Shown here piece after piece: positions 17,989-27,718 of a stretch of DNA of 64,000 bases. The notes under the pieces are model-generated. The model made no database searches, was not told where the DNA came from, and saw nothing but the letters and a program-made list of their open reading frames with translations. Both the position numbers and the translations under genes were made by a program. Positions within the stretch are counted from its first letter, which is position 1. Each line of letters starts with the position of its first letter. The DNA is taken from contig CAZCME010000004.1 in the NCBI GenBank assembly GCA_964499705.1, positions 62,001 through 126,000 of the forward strand, given 5' to 3'. Source of the DNA: an uncultured bacterium (GTDB lineage Bacteria; UBA8481).

Positions 17989-19337
17989 CGCATGGTCCGC
18001 CTTTCGATTTTTTCATTACGCCGCGCCAGCGCGCGCACAAACAGGATATCCCTGGGCATTTCATAACGGCTCAGCGATTCCCGGCAGTTCTTCCTGATGG
18101 CGGATTCGATTTCCGCGACGTCCGAATCCGGAGCGGCTTCCACCTCGACGGCCACGATCTGTCCGGTCACAGGATTGGAGCGGCCGTAGACCCGGGCCGC
18201 GAGGACGCCTCCGGACTTCAGAACGGCTTCTTCCACCCGCGCCGGATGAACCTTCACACCTCCCACGTTGATGATTTCCTCCTTCCTGCCGAGAAAATAC
18301 ACGCGGCCGTTCCGCTCTTCAACGAGATCCCCGGTCGGACGCCAGGAATCGCTCTCATCCGAGGATGGAGCTCCGAGATAACCGAGCATGGAATTGCGGG
18401 ATCGGACCATGAGCTCACCGTCGATGATCCTGAGTTCCGCGTTTCCGACGGGACGATCGAGATATTGAGCGGGAAATCCCGGCAATCCGTCCTTCACCGA
18501 AAAGCACGTGCCCAGTTCCGTGGTGGCGTAGACCTGCGAAATCGCGGCGCGCGGGAATAAGGCTCGCGCCTTTTCGAGTATACCGGATGTGACAGGTTCG
18601 CCGCCGAGCGTGATCTGCTCCAGCGGCAAAGTCGCCGCCGCGGACGGAGCGAGCCTCCCGAGAAAATTCCGCCAGAATGTGGGAGTCGCGGAGATCGCGG
18701 TGACGTCATGATCTCGCACGGCCGCCGTGATCGCATCGACGCTTCTGTCGACGGGCACGACGAGGGTCTCTCCGGTATTGAGCGCGCGCACGAGCATCTG
18801 GATGCCGGCAAAATGGTTCAGAGGATAGGCAAGTAGCCACCTGAGCCTGCGTGAAGATCGCCGCGGACCGCCGCGACCCAGAAGTCTTTCCCAGGTATGA
18901 AGGGCCGCCTTGGGAATTCCCGTAGTACCGCTCGTCAGTATGACGATGTTGCCCTTTCCCCATGGCCCGGAAGCGGGCCGCCGATCGGCGAAGAAATCCT
19001 CGGCGCGCAGAAATTCACCCGGGGGATTTTCTTCATCCGTGACCAGGGAACCGGCTCCCAGCTGCAGTCGAACATTGTGCGCCTCCGAGCAGGACCAAAG
19101 GCGCGGCAATACACAGGCTTCAACGCCCGCCGCGGAAGCGCCGGCCAGAACCGCCATGAGCCTGGCGGAGTCTCGCATGTGCACATAAAGCCGCTTCGAG
19201 CCCAGAGCGAGGATTCCCGCGGCCGCCTTCCTGGCCTCCTTGAAAAAAAACACATGGTCCGTGGCTCCCGCGGAATCGATGATCATGATGGATTGCGGCG
19301 TCGAGGCAGCCAGGCTCTCCGCCATATCCATGATCAA
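17985..19337 (-). CDS. Acyl-AMP/acyl-CoA ligase (adenylate-forming enzyme)
   Basis: LTSGTTGIPK, YATTE, TGD, GRKEEIINVGG. Confidence 0.9.
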   Translation of the reverse strand: MIMDMAESLAASTPQSIMIIDSAGATDHVFFFKEARKAAAGILALGSKRLYVHMRDSARLMAVLAGASAAGVEACVLPRLWSCSEAHNVRLQLGAGSLVTDEENPPGEFLRAEDFFADRRPASGPWGKGNIVILTSGTTGIPKAALHTWERLLGRGGPRRSSRRLRWLLAYPLNHFAGIQMLVRALNTGETLVVPVDRSVDAITAAVRDHDVTAISATPTFWRNFLGRLAPSAAATLPLEQITLGGEPVTSGILEKARALFPRAAISQVYATTELGTCFSVKDGLPGFPAQYLDRPVGNAELRIIDGELMVRSRNSMLGYLGAPSSDESDSWRPTGDLVEERNGRVYFLGRKEEIINVGGVKVHPARVEEAVLKSGGVLAARVYGRSNPVTGQIVAVEVEAAPDSDVAEIESAIRKNCRESLSRYEMPRDILFVRALARRNEKIERRTMR

Positions 19338-19591
19338 GCGATCGGTCTCTTCTCTTCCATGTAAGCAGAAAGCTCGCCGAGGGTACCGGGAAATACGCCG
19401 GCAGTGTAAGGATCGCGGCCGAATTCCCGTTCGAGAAGGACGGACAGCGTGGCCGTATCGAGAGAATCGAGCCCCAGTCCGCCCTCATGCAGCGCGACTC
19501 CCGCGTCCCATCGGTCCGAATGTTTGTCCTTATCTTCAAGAATCCGGCGTAGCAGGACAATGATCCTCTCTTGCGCATTCTCCTGGCTCAA
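19334..19591 (-). CDS. Acyl carrier protein
   Basis: 85 aa, acidic; GLDSLD phosphopantetheine site. Confidence 0.87.
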   Translation of the reverse strand: MSQENAQERIIVLLRRILEDKDKHSDRWDAGVALHEGGLGLDSLDTATLSVLLEREFGRDPYTAGVFPGTLGELSAYMEEKRPIA

Positions 19592-19737
19592 AGTCGCTCT
19601 CCCTTCGATACTCCGTAGGTCTTCCCTGCGTGCTGATGGTCCAAGTGTAATGGATCCGTCGATTCAAGAAAAGGATGCTTACCTCTTCTCCCTCCTTCCA
19701 TACCCGGTATAATTGGTATTCCGCTTCGAGAGGACAA

Positions 19738-19824
19738 GGAGGGGTGCGAGAGTGGTTGAATCGACCGGTCTTGAAAACCGGAGTGGTCGGAAGGCCACCG
19801 TGGGTTCGAATCCCACCCCCTCCG
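19738..19824 (+). tRNA. tRNA-Ser (TGA)
   Basis: GGAGGGG/CCCCTCC acceptor; CCGGT-CT-TGA-AA-ACCGG; long variable arm; GGTTCGAATCC; no encoded CCA; TATAAT at 19708-19713 upstream. Confidence 0.95.
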
Positions 19825-19847
19825 AGACGAAAGCGGCGACACGTGGA

Positions 19848-20678
19848 ATGCGGCTGAAACGCATGCGCTCGCGCCTGGGCGGCGTCTTCCACCGCACGCT
19901 CGTGGACCGGCTGATCGGGCTCTCCGCGGAAATCGCCTTCTATGAATTTTTCGCGATCCTTCCGTTCATCGTCTTCAGCGTCAACTGCATCGCGCTCCTT
20001 CCTTCGGAAGGCCTGATCATGATGTTTCTCCCGGCCATCGCGCCCGCTCCGGCCGCGGAACTTATCAAATCCTGGTACGAAGGCATCCAGGATTCCTCCG
20101 GAGTGACGCTCATGTCGATCGGCGCGCTCGTCACGCTCTGGGTCGGCTCCACGGGAATCGGCTCCTTCATCGAGGCTTTTTCGGTGATCAACCGCCGGAG
20201 AAGTCGCGCAGGCATCCTGAAGAGATATCTCGTCCGGATCGTCTTCACCATCGGCGGCGCGATCGGCCTCGTATGCGCGCTTTTTGCCTGGGTCGTCGGC
20301 CCCTGGCTTGTCGCGTCCGTGTTCGAAGACCAGGGCTACTGGGAAACGTGGGAACTCCTCTGGAATTTCATCCGCCTTCCGCTCGGCGTCTCCTTCTTCG
20401 TCCTGGGGCTCATGATCTTCTATCATTTCCTGAGTTTCTCCGGGCGGGCATTCCGCGCGAACTGGCCCGGCGCCTGCCTATCCGCTCTCGTCTTTTTCGG
20501 CGTCTCCCATCTCTTCTCCCTCTACATCCGCTACTTCGCCAATTTCAACGCCACGTATGGAAGTCTGGGCGCCATCGTTCTTCTTCTGCTCTGGCTCCAG
20601 ACGCTCAATTTCTCCGTCCTCGTGGGCGAATTCTGGAACGCGCAACTGCAGGCGGACGCCTCCAGGGCGCACGACTGA
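19848..20678 (+). CDS. YihY/virulence factor BrkB family membrane protein
   Basis: SAEIAFY..FAILPF; WPGA; YGSLGAIVLLLLWL. Confidence 0.9.
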   Translation: MRLKRMRSRLGGVFHRTLVDRLIGLSAEIAFYEFFAILPFIVFSVNCIALLPSEGLIMMFLPAIAPAPAAELIKSWYEGIQDSSGVTLMSIGALVTLWVGSTGIGSFIEAFSVINRRRSRAGILKRYLVRIVFTIGGAIGLVCALFAWVVGPWLVASVFEDQGYWETWELLWNFIRLPLGVSFFVLGLMIFYHFLSFSGRAFRANWPGACLSALVFFGVSHLFSLYIRYFANFNATYGSLGAIVLLLLWLQTLNFSVLVGEFWNAQLQADASRAHD

Positions 20679-20758
20679 AACAGGGGAAGAATTTTCCATC
20701 GGTTCGTGATAGGGTGGCGTTCATCATTCACACCTATTCGAGCAGGAGGTAGAACCGT

Positions 20759-21337
20759 ATGTTCGGGAACTCAAGGATCGGTATCGGACGAGGATTGCTC
20801 GCTGCGGGAGCACTCGGAATCATGATGTGCGGAAGCATCGGAGCACATGCGGCGGAGTCCGACCATGATGCGATGCCCCAGGCGCGCCGGAAACTGATCA
20901 TGGTCGAAGCCGAGACGAGCGACAGCGGCTGGGTCATTGCGTCGAACATTCCGGCATCGCTGAAAGTGAAGACGGGCGTAGCGAGCCGGGACACCGCGAT
21001 CCGGGTCATCGTCACCGGAGAACTGAAGGCACGCGGCATCAAGGCGACGCAGCCTCTGGTATCCGCCCTCATCAACCGCATGCTGCGTTATGAAACGCTC
21101 ATGGATCTTCAGCGGCGGGACATCATCATCCGCGGAGGCGACGTCGCCGCGGGCGAAACAAGGTGGTTGCTGAACGGTGATGCCGATCCGGCCGAGTTGA
21201 AGGCCGCACGCTTCGTGATCATGGAGGAGAAGAAGGATCGCTCATCGGTAGCCGAGGAAATTCGAAAGCAATTCCCCGAACTGGATTCGGATACGGTGGC
21301 CGTGAAAACCGGCGCCCGGACTTCGCGGGATCAGTAG
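20759..21337 (+). CDS. Hypothetical exported protein
   Basis: AGGAGG Shine-Dalgarno; signal peptide ending AHA; fills the intergenic gap. Confidence 0.65.
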   Translation: MFGNSRIGIGRGLLAAGALGIMMCGSIGAHAAESDHDAMPQARRKLIMVEAETSDSGWVIASNIPASLKVKTGVASRDTAIRVIVTGELKARGIKATQPLVSALINRMLRYETLMDLQRRDIIIRGGDVAAGETRWLLNGDADPAELKAARFVIMEEKKDRSSVAEEIRKQFPELDSDTVAVKTGARTSRDQ

Positions 21338-24300
21338 GTCTGGATCTCGATCTTTACCGGCAGCTTTTTGAATGTGATGGGACGATCCGGGTAGACGGAT
21401 CGTCCGTTGATGCGGATCGACCGGAGCGCTTCCGGAAATGGATGCTTCAGGACGAATCCGCTCCTCGGCTTCGCCGTGCCTGAGGCCTGAAAGACCACGC
21501 GGTCGGGAGCCGTCCGGTTCAGCGACCACGTGATCCTGCCACGGGCCGCGGGAAGATTTGTGACGGATACTTCCTCCGTGCCGGCCAGCCATTCCACGGG
21601 AACTCCCGCGGCCAGCTCTACGCGATCCTCCTCGTCGATCACGAAGATGGACCGGAGCGCGTTGATGAGATCGGCTCCTACCCACGTATGCGGCATGTCG
21701 CCGATGTACGATCCGGTCGACCGGTCGAAGTGGACGACCTCCGGCAGCAGGTTCCATCCCGCGGGCCTCATGCAGGGTTCGATCAGGAAATCGGCGAGCT
21801 TCACGGCATCGATCCGTCTCCCGAGACGTACCATGGCCTCGACGTTGCGAGCCTCGTAGGGCGTGAACGTGCCCCAGGGACGGCCGTCGAACCGCGGAGC
21901 GAGCTCTCGGGTATATCGGTCGTAGGTCGCCTCCAGTGCGCGTGAAAGGATCGAGTCGGCTCTGAGATGCGCCAGTTCGCCGCAGGCCGAGATGGCGATC
22001 GATGTGGAGGTCGCGTCGAAGTCACCCTTCTCCGCGCATCCTGGAATGAAGTCGACGCTCTTCAAAGCCCGCACGCGCTTGATGGAATTGTACAGGTCCG
22101 CGCGCAGTCTCTTTTCCTCCGCGCGATACCGCGCGGCGGCAGGGCGGCGGCCCAGCGCGGTCGCGAGAACGGCGGCGTCTTCCAGGCCGCGCAGAGCCCA
22201 GAAGTCGTCCCAATAGCTGTGCACGCCGGGAAAGTACCCCTCGTGGCTGTTCGATTCGGGGAGAATGCCGTAGAACTCGGATCCGACGCGATCCGGAGTG
22301 CGACGCTCCAGGATGCGCCCCAGCATGTAGGTGACGACTCTCTCGACCGCGGGCATCTTTGCGCGCACCATCTCCGCGTCGCGCGTCGCGGTCCAGAGGA
22401 CGCGCACCGCATGAATGAATTCTCCCTGGCTGTCGTATTCCTTCCAGTCGCGCGCCCACTCCGGCATCTCTCCCGTCCTGGAGCTGACGAGGAAGGGGAC
22501 GAAGCCGTCGTTCCGGACGAGAGGCGTGAACCAGTCAAGATACCGGCGGACGACATCGGGAAAGCCGAAGCGGAGATAGGTGACGGAGGAAACCGCGCCG
22601 TCGCGCATCCACGCCTTGGCGTAATTTCTCGGGCCGGGCTGCGCCGCCGCGTAGTCGGCGTTGAGGAGCATGTAGGCAAGGTTCGATTTCATGATGCTTT
22701 CGTAGGCGGGGCCCGGAGCCTTGATCCTCCACGCGCCCAGCCTCTTCATCCAGTCCGTTTTCGCGGTACTCCACACCGATTCGAAATGCGAATCCGGCCG
22801 GGCGGTTTCATGCAGCGGAGACGAATCATGCAGCGGAAATTCCAGCACGACGCTGCGAGATCCGCGCGCTGGAATCGTGATGTCATAGGCGAACGCGACT
22901 GTCAGCAGGCCGTCGGAATCACGCGCCGTGATCTTATTCGGCACCGCATGATTCATCATCCACTGGTGCGGCGAACCGTCTTCGCGCATGCCGATTCCGG
23001 CCGTGGAGGGTTGCGTGAGGGAGAGAAAAGCCGGGCGGCCGTTCACCTGGAGCATGCGGCCATCCTGGATGGACGCGGATTGCACCGGCGCAATGCCGCC
23101 GTACTGCCACGGCGGATTCAGCTGCAGAGGCCACGCGACGAGATAGAGCGTCACTTCTCTTTCGACGGCGGAGCCGTTCTCGATGCGGTATCGCACCGTG
23201 GTCGCGGAGGAGTGGGCGGGGCCATGAGAAACGGCGCTCATCGTCATGAGGATCGGATCCTTCCGGAACCGGATCGAAGGCATGGGCAGATAGCCTTCCT
23301 CCAGGGTATGCGTCCTCTGAAAACTTTCTCCGGAAAGAATCGCGGGTCCGACCTTCAAGAAGGGCATGACGCAGATCGATCCGGTTCTCGCCTCGACGGT
23401 TCCCTCCTCGCCGATCAGAGTTTCCTCCGCGTCGCCCGGAACGCCCGTGATGGTCCAGAATGTCTGCTTGCGCTCGATCCATCTCGGCAGCATGCCCATG
23501 GGGATCCGCGAATTGAGACTTTCGAAATGGCGATCGGGCGACACATCGGGGGCGCCGTCGAGAAATGAGATTTCCCTCAGGGCCACGGGTTTCATCGCGA
23601 TGACGGAGAGCCTCATGAAGCGCGCGGTCACGCTCGGGAAGAAGACTAGATCTCTCCCGCCATCCGTGCCGAGAATCCGGTCGACCTCCTTCCACTCGGA
23701 CCCGTCGCGGGACGCCTCGACGGTGTACAGGTCCGGAAGGTCATGTCCCCATTCCAGCTCCAGGCCGCCGATCGATCTCTCCGACCGGAAATTGACGATC
23801 CATCCTGCATTTCCCGCCGCCGACCTCCAGAAGGTCGTGACGTCCCCATCGAGCGCGCTTCCGGGGATGTGATCGGGCTCGGATGACGTCGCGGACGCGA
23901 CCGGCACGTGGTCCGGATCGAGCACCTCGACCTCGAAGATCGAATAACCCCATCCCGTGCCGCGCTTGACTCCCTGGATGCGGAGGAATCGCGCGACACG
24001 CGGCGCGAAGAGAACTTCATCGAGGCCGCCGTCGCCGCTGCGGACCATCCTGATGCGGATCCACTCCGCGCCGTCGTTCGAAACGAGCAGGTCGTAATCC
24101 CTGCCGTAGGCGGCCTCCCATCGGATCCGAACGCCCGCCATCCTGCGCGGCTCGCGGAAATCAAGAGTCAGTTGTTCCTCATCGTTGAACTGGCTGCCCC
24201 AACGCGTTGAGGGATTCCCGTCCACCGCGAGATCCGCGCGATAATCATCCTGATGAGAGGACGACGAGGCTGAAGGCAACGGAGCATCGGCGCGGGAGGA

Positions 24301-24354
24301 GACGGAAAGGAGGATCGGGACTACCGCGCACAGCAGGATGCGATGCATGACCAT
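21331..24354 (-). CDS. Secreted protein with two discoidin (F5/8 type C, CBM32-like) domains and a six-hairpin glycosidase-like domain
   Basis: Signal peptide; AVDGNPSTRWGS and ALDGDVTTFWRS repeats; QPGPRNYAKAWMRDG; SHEGY...HSYWDDFW; GDMPHTW. Confidence 0.82.
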   Translation of the reverse strand: MVMHRILLCAVVPILLSVSSRADAPLPSASSSSHQDDYRADLAVDGNPSTRWGSQFNDEEQLTLDFREPRRMAGVRIRWEAAYGRDYDLLVSNDGAEWIRIRMVRSGDGGLDEVLFAPRVARFLRIQGVKRGTGWGYSIFEVEVLDPDHVPVASATSSEPDHIPGSALDGDVTTFWRSAAGNAGWIVNFRSERSIGGLELEWGHDLPDLYTVEASRDGSEWKEVDRILGTDGGRDLVFFPSVTARFMRLSVIAMKPVALREISFLDGAPDVSPDRHFESLNSRIPMGMLPRWIERKQTFWTITGVPGDAEETLIGEEGTVEARTGSICVMPFLKVGPAILSGESFQRTHTLEEGYLPMPSIRFRKDPILMTMSAVSHGPAHSSATTVRYRIENGSAVEREVTLYLVAWPLQLNPPWQYGGIAPVQSASIQDGRMLQVNGRPAFLSLTQPSTAGIGMREDGSPHQWMMNHAVPNKITARDSDGLLTVAFAYDITIPARGSRSVVLEFPLHDSSPLHETARPDSHFESVWSTAKTDWMKRLGAWRIKAPGPAYESIMKSNLAYMLLNADYAAAQPGPRNYAKAWMRDGAVSSVTYLRFGFPDVVRRYLDWFTPLVRNDGFVPFLVSSRTGEMPEWARDWKEYDSQGEFIHAVRVLWTATRDAEMVRAKMPAVERVVTYMLGRILERRTPDRVGSEFYGILPESNSHEGYFPGVHSYWDDFWALRGLEDAAVLATALGRRPAAARYRAEEKRLRADLYNSIKRVRALKSVDFIPGCAEKGDFDATSTSIAISACGELAHLRADSILSRALEATYDRYTRELAPRFDGRPWGTFTPYEARNVEAMVRLGRRIDAVKLADFLIEPCMRPAGWNLLPEVVHFDRSTGSYIGDMPHTWVGADLINALRSIFVIDEEDRVELAAGVPVEWLAGTEEVSVTNLPAARGRITWSLNRTAPDRVVFQASGTAKPRSGFVLKHPFPEALRSIRINGRSVYPDRPITFKKLPVKIEIQTY

Positions 24355-24436
24355 TTCGGGAATGTAACCGCTTACTTCGATTTCCACAAGCATTTCTCTT
24401 GCCGGACCTACCTGATCATGTCAGGATGCGGCTTCC

Positions 24437-26257
24437 ATGCGGCCCCGCCTGCTGATCTCCTTCGTTCTCACCGGCTCCCTCTTCGCCTGCGCGGGACGCG
24501 CCCGACTTCCGGAGCAATCGTTGAAACCCTGGATCGTCGAAGCGGTGGCGACGTCCTCCGAGAGCCGGCACTATTCCGGCGAATTCGCGTTCGACGGCGA
24601 CAGGGAAACACGCTGGTCGTCGCAGTTCGCGGACAACCAGGTGCTGACGGCCCGGTTCGGAGCGATGTGCGGCATCCGGCAGATCGTGATCGCGTGGGAG
24701 GCGGCGTGCGCCTCGGATTACGTCGTCGAACTGTCCGAGGACCAGAAGACATGGAAACAGGCCGCGTCCCGGACGGGTTGGACGGGCGGCACGGACACGA
24801 TTGTGCTCGCGGAGCCGATGCGGGCGGGCTACATGCGGCTGAGATGTCTCAAGCGTACCACCGCCTGGGGCAACTCGATCTTCGAAATCGATCTGTTCGG
24901 CTCCCCGGAAGCGGAACCTCCAGGAAAATCGCTGCTGGGATTCGAAGCCGCTCCCTCGCCGTGGGACAAGCGATGCCGCGAGGCGCGCGACATGCTGATG
25001 AAGGCGGCGGCAAGCGATCCGAAGAAGTCCGCAGGCATGAGCGACGATCAATTTCTCGAACTCGTATCGCGGCGGGCCTTCGATTATTTCTGGTGGGAGG
25101 CCAACCCGGAGAACGGGCTGGTGCTCGACCAGGCGGAGAATTTCCGATCGAGCGAATCCCGCAAGATCGCCTCCACGGCGGCGGTCGGATTCGGACTGAC
25201 CGCGTATGCCATCGGCGCCGAGCGCGGATGGGTGACCCGGAACGAAGCGGCGGAGCGCGTGCGAAAGACGCTCTCGTTCTATCTCCACAGCGCCGCTCAC
25301 AACCACGGTTTCTATTACCACTTCCTCGACATGTTCACCGGCAATCCCGAGGAGGGCACGGAACTCTCCTCGATCGACTCCGCGCTTTTTTTCTGCGGCG
25401 TCATCACCGTCGCCCGGGAATTCTCGGACGACACGGATATCGTCCGGCTGGCCGGGTCCATTCTCGACCGGGTGGACTGGAAGTGGATGCTGAACGGCCA
25501 CCCGCATTTCCCCGCGCATGGCGCCGATCCATCCGGAAAATTCCTGAACGCGCGGTGGGGCAGCACCACGGAGGGAATGCTCTGCTATATTCTCGGGATC
25601 GGAGCCGGGAATAATCCGATGCCCCCGGAATCATGGCGCGCCTTCGACCGGCACAAGGGCAGCTACGGAGGACACGAGTTCTTCGTGGAGTACGGCGCTC
25701 AATCGATCTTTCGTTTCCAGTATCCCTGTCTCTGGTATGATTTCCGAGGCCGGCACGACGGCATCGCCGATTACTTCCAGAACGGCGTCGAAGCGACGCT
25801 GGCGATGCGCCAGTACTGCATCGACAAGGCGAAGGACTTTCCGAAATCCTACGGCCCGGACATGTGGGGCCTGGGAGCCTCCAACGGACCCGGGGACAAG
25901 TATCTCATCTACGGCTTCCCGCCGGGCGAACCGGAGGCGCCGGTCGACGGCACGGTGGTCGTGTATGCGATCGGCGGGTCGACGCCCTTCACGCCGGAAT
26001 ATTCCATCGCCGCGATGCGCCGCATCTACGACCGTCACCACGAAAGCTGGGGCAAGCACGGCTTCACGGACGCGGTCAATCCCACGCTCGACTTCGTGAC
26101 GCGCCGTACCGTCGGACTCGACCAGGGGACCCTCCTGCTGGCGATCGAAAACCACAGATCGGGCTATGTCTGGAAGCAGTTCATGAGCCATCCGATGATC
26201 GAGCGCGCGACGAAACGCATCGGCTGGAAGTCCTCGCCGCCGCGCGATGATCCCTGA
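24437..26257 (+). CDS. Lipoprotein with a discoidin domain and a glycoamylase (GH144-like, endo-beta-1,2-glucanase) domain
   Basis: Lipobox LFAC; AFDGDRETRWSS; AFDYFW..ANPENGLVLD, STAAVGFGL, HGFYYHF, ELSSIDSA, GLDQG..LLAIEN. Confidence 0.85.
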   Translation: MRPRLLISFVLTGSLFACAGRARLPEQSLKPWIVEAVATSSESRHYSGEFAFDGDRETRWSSQFADNQVLTARFGAMCGIRQIVIAWEAACASDYVVELSEDQKTWKQAASRTGWTGGTDTIVLAEPMRAGYMRLRCLKRTTAWGNSIFEIDLFGSPEAEPPGKSLLGFEAAPSPWDKRCREARDMLMKAAASDPKKSAGMSDDQFLELVSRRAFDYFWWEANPENGLVLDQAENFRSSESRKIASTAAVGFGLTAYAIGAERGWVTRNEAAERVRKTLSFYLHSAAHNHGFYYHFLDMFTGNPEEGTELSSIDSALFFCGVITVAREFSDDTDIVRLAGSILDRVDWKWMLNGHPHFPAHGADPSGKFLNARWGSTTEGMLCYILGIGAGNNPMPPESWRAFDRHKGSYGGHEFFVEYGAQSIFRFQYPCLWYDFRGRHDGIADYFQNGVEATLAMRQYCIDKAKDFPKSYGPDMWGLGASNGPGDKYLIYGFPPGEPEAPVDGTVVVYAIGGSTPFTPEYSIAAMRRIYDRHHESWGKHGFTDAVNPTLDFVTRRTVGLDQGTLLLAIENHRSGYVWKQFMSHPMIERATKRIGWKSSPPRDDP

Positions 26258-26311
26258 CCGCGAAACACAAGATATTGAGTTCGGGGATAATCCCGGGACG
26301 GCGAGCGGACG

Positions 26312-26340
26312 TTTACACACCCGGTAGAGACTGATAAAAT
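26312..26340 (+). promoter_or_regulatory. Sigma-70 promoter of tRNA-Ser(CGA)
   Basis: TTTACA-17 nt-TAAAAT with TGn extended -10. Confidence 0.7.
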
Positions 26341-26371
26341 TTATCCCGTTTCGAATCCGCGACGAATCCCA

Positions 26372-26458
26372 GGAGGGGTGCGAGAGCGGTTGAATCGGCT
26401 GGTCTCGAAAACCAGAGTCGTCGCAAGGCGATCGTGGGTTCGAATCCCACCCCCTCCG
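26372..26458 (+). tRNA. tRNA-Ser (CGA)
   Basis: GGAGGGG/CCCCTCC acceptor; CTGGT-CT-CGA-AA-ACCAG; long variable arm; GGTTCGAATCC. Confidence 0.95.
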
Positions 26459-26601
26459 CCGGATAACTCGTATCCTCCTACCCCTTGGGTATCGATAAAG
26501 AGATCAAGAATATTTCAAAAGTCTTTCGAAGTTTGGCTGATACCGGAAGATAGATTTCAATCTTGGTCAGATTAACCGATGCTCTTTGCGAAATGTTCCT
26601 C

Positions 26602-26673
26602 CGCCTCGCGCGGCGGCTGGGTCTCGCGGATTCCGACTCGCCGGAAAAGATCGAGCGGGATTTGATTCCGATC
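26602..26673 (+). pseudogene. Isolated fragment of an endonuclease III gene
   Basis: RLARRLGLADSDSPEKIERDLIPI vs resident Nth RLARRLGLAETDTPEKIERELMTI (18/24 identical; 14929-15000). Confidence 0.75.
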
Positions 26674-26698
26674 ACACGCGCATCCGTCGCATTCCTCG

Positions 26699-27718
26699 CT
26701 ACTTCAAATCATCCATCATGGCAAAGATTTCCCCCGATAGGCGCATGCCTCTGAGCGTGTTCAACGCGCGAACTTCGAGCTGCCGGACGCGTTCGCGCGT
26801 GATGCCGAGCTTCCGGCCCGTCGCCTCCAGCGTGTGCGGCTCGGATCCATTCAATCCAAAACGCATCTTGATGATCTGCCTCTCCTTTGGCTGAAGAGTC
26901 TCCAGGGCTTCCGCCAGGTTTTCTGAAATGGTCAGCGCGAGAAAAGCGGAATAGGGCGAACGGGCGAAGCGATCTTCCACCTGCTCACCGAGCGTGGATT
27001 CTTCGTCGGCGCCGGCGGGAGTATCGAGCGAGACAGTATGGGTCGATGCTTTTGCGATTTCCAGCAGCCTGGGCTCGGAAATTCCCATGGCGATCGATAC
27101 TTCGAGACTCGATGGCTCCCTGCAGAATTTCTGCGAAAGGCGGTGCGTCGTCTTGATCCAGTTTCTGATCGAATCCGACATGTTGACGGGAACTCGAACG
27201 ACGCGGCCCTGACCGGCGACGGCGCGGCGGACGGCTTGCCTCACCCACCAGGTGGCGAATGTCGAGAACCGGAACCCGCGACTGCCTTCGTACCGCTCGA
27301 CCGCGTGCATCAGTCCGAGATTGCCCTCATTGATGAGATCGAGAAAGTGCAGGCCCTGGTTGAGATATCGTTTTGCGATCGATACGACGAGCCGAAGATT
27401 CGCCTCGATAAACCGCCGCTTTGCCTCGGCGAGTTCGCTCTCCGCCGTCTCCAGACGCTTTCCGGCTCCCAAAGCGTGCGAACCGGCGACAGCCTTCACC
27501 TTCGCTCGGCACTTCTCGATGATAGCGGCCAGTTTTTTTTCTTCAGCGGCCGTCAAAAGAGGAGTTCTCGAAATCTCCAGGAGATATATCTGAATCGGTT
27601 CCATCGCGGTGTAGCGGGGTTCGCCCGGATTTCCCTCGTTTTCATCCTCGGCAGCAGCCACAGCTCCCTCGTCCACGGGATCCGCCGGCTCCATCAAATC
27701 TTCGTTATCTGTTTCCAT
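26699..27718 (-). CDS. RNA polymerase sigma-70 factor, RpoD/RpoS-like, lacking region 1.1
   Basis: YLLEISRTPLLT, ANLRLVVSIAKRY, DLINEGNLGL, FSTFATWWVRQA, TRERVRQLE. Confidence 0.93.
   Translation of the reverse strand: METDNEDLMEPADPVDEGAVAAAEDENEGNPGEPRYTAMEPIQIYLLEISRTPLLTAAEEKKLAAIIEKCRAKVKAVAGSHALGAGKRLETAESELAEAKRRFIEANLRLVVSIAKRYLNQGLHFLDLINEGNLGLMHAVERYEGSRGFRFSTFATWWVRQAVRRAVAGQGRVVRVPVNMSDSIRNWIKTTHRLSQKFCREPSSLEVSIAMGISEPRLLEIAKASTHTVSLDTPAGADEESTLGEQVEDRFARSPYSAFLALTISENLAEALETLQPKERQIIKMRFGLNGSEPHTLEATGRKLGITRERVRQLEVRALNTLRGMRLSGEIFAMMDDLK

Noticed and set aside
19588-19897. Small ORFs over tRNA-Ser(TGA), also 26378-26575 and the 19713 start of yihY
   Set aside because: They are translations of tRNA sequence.
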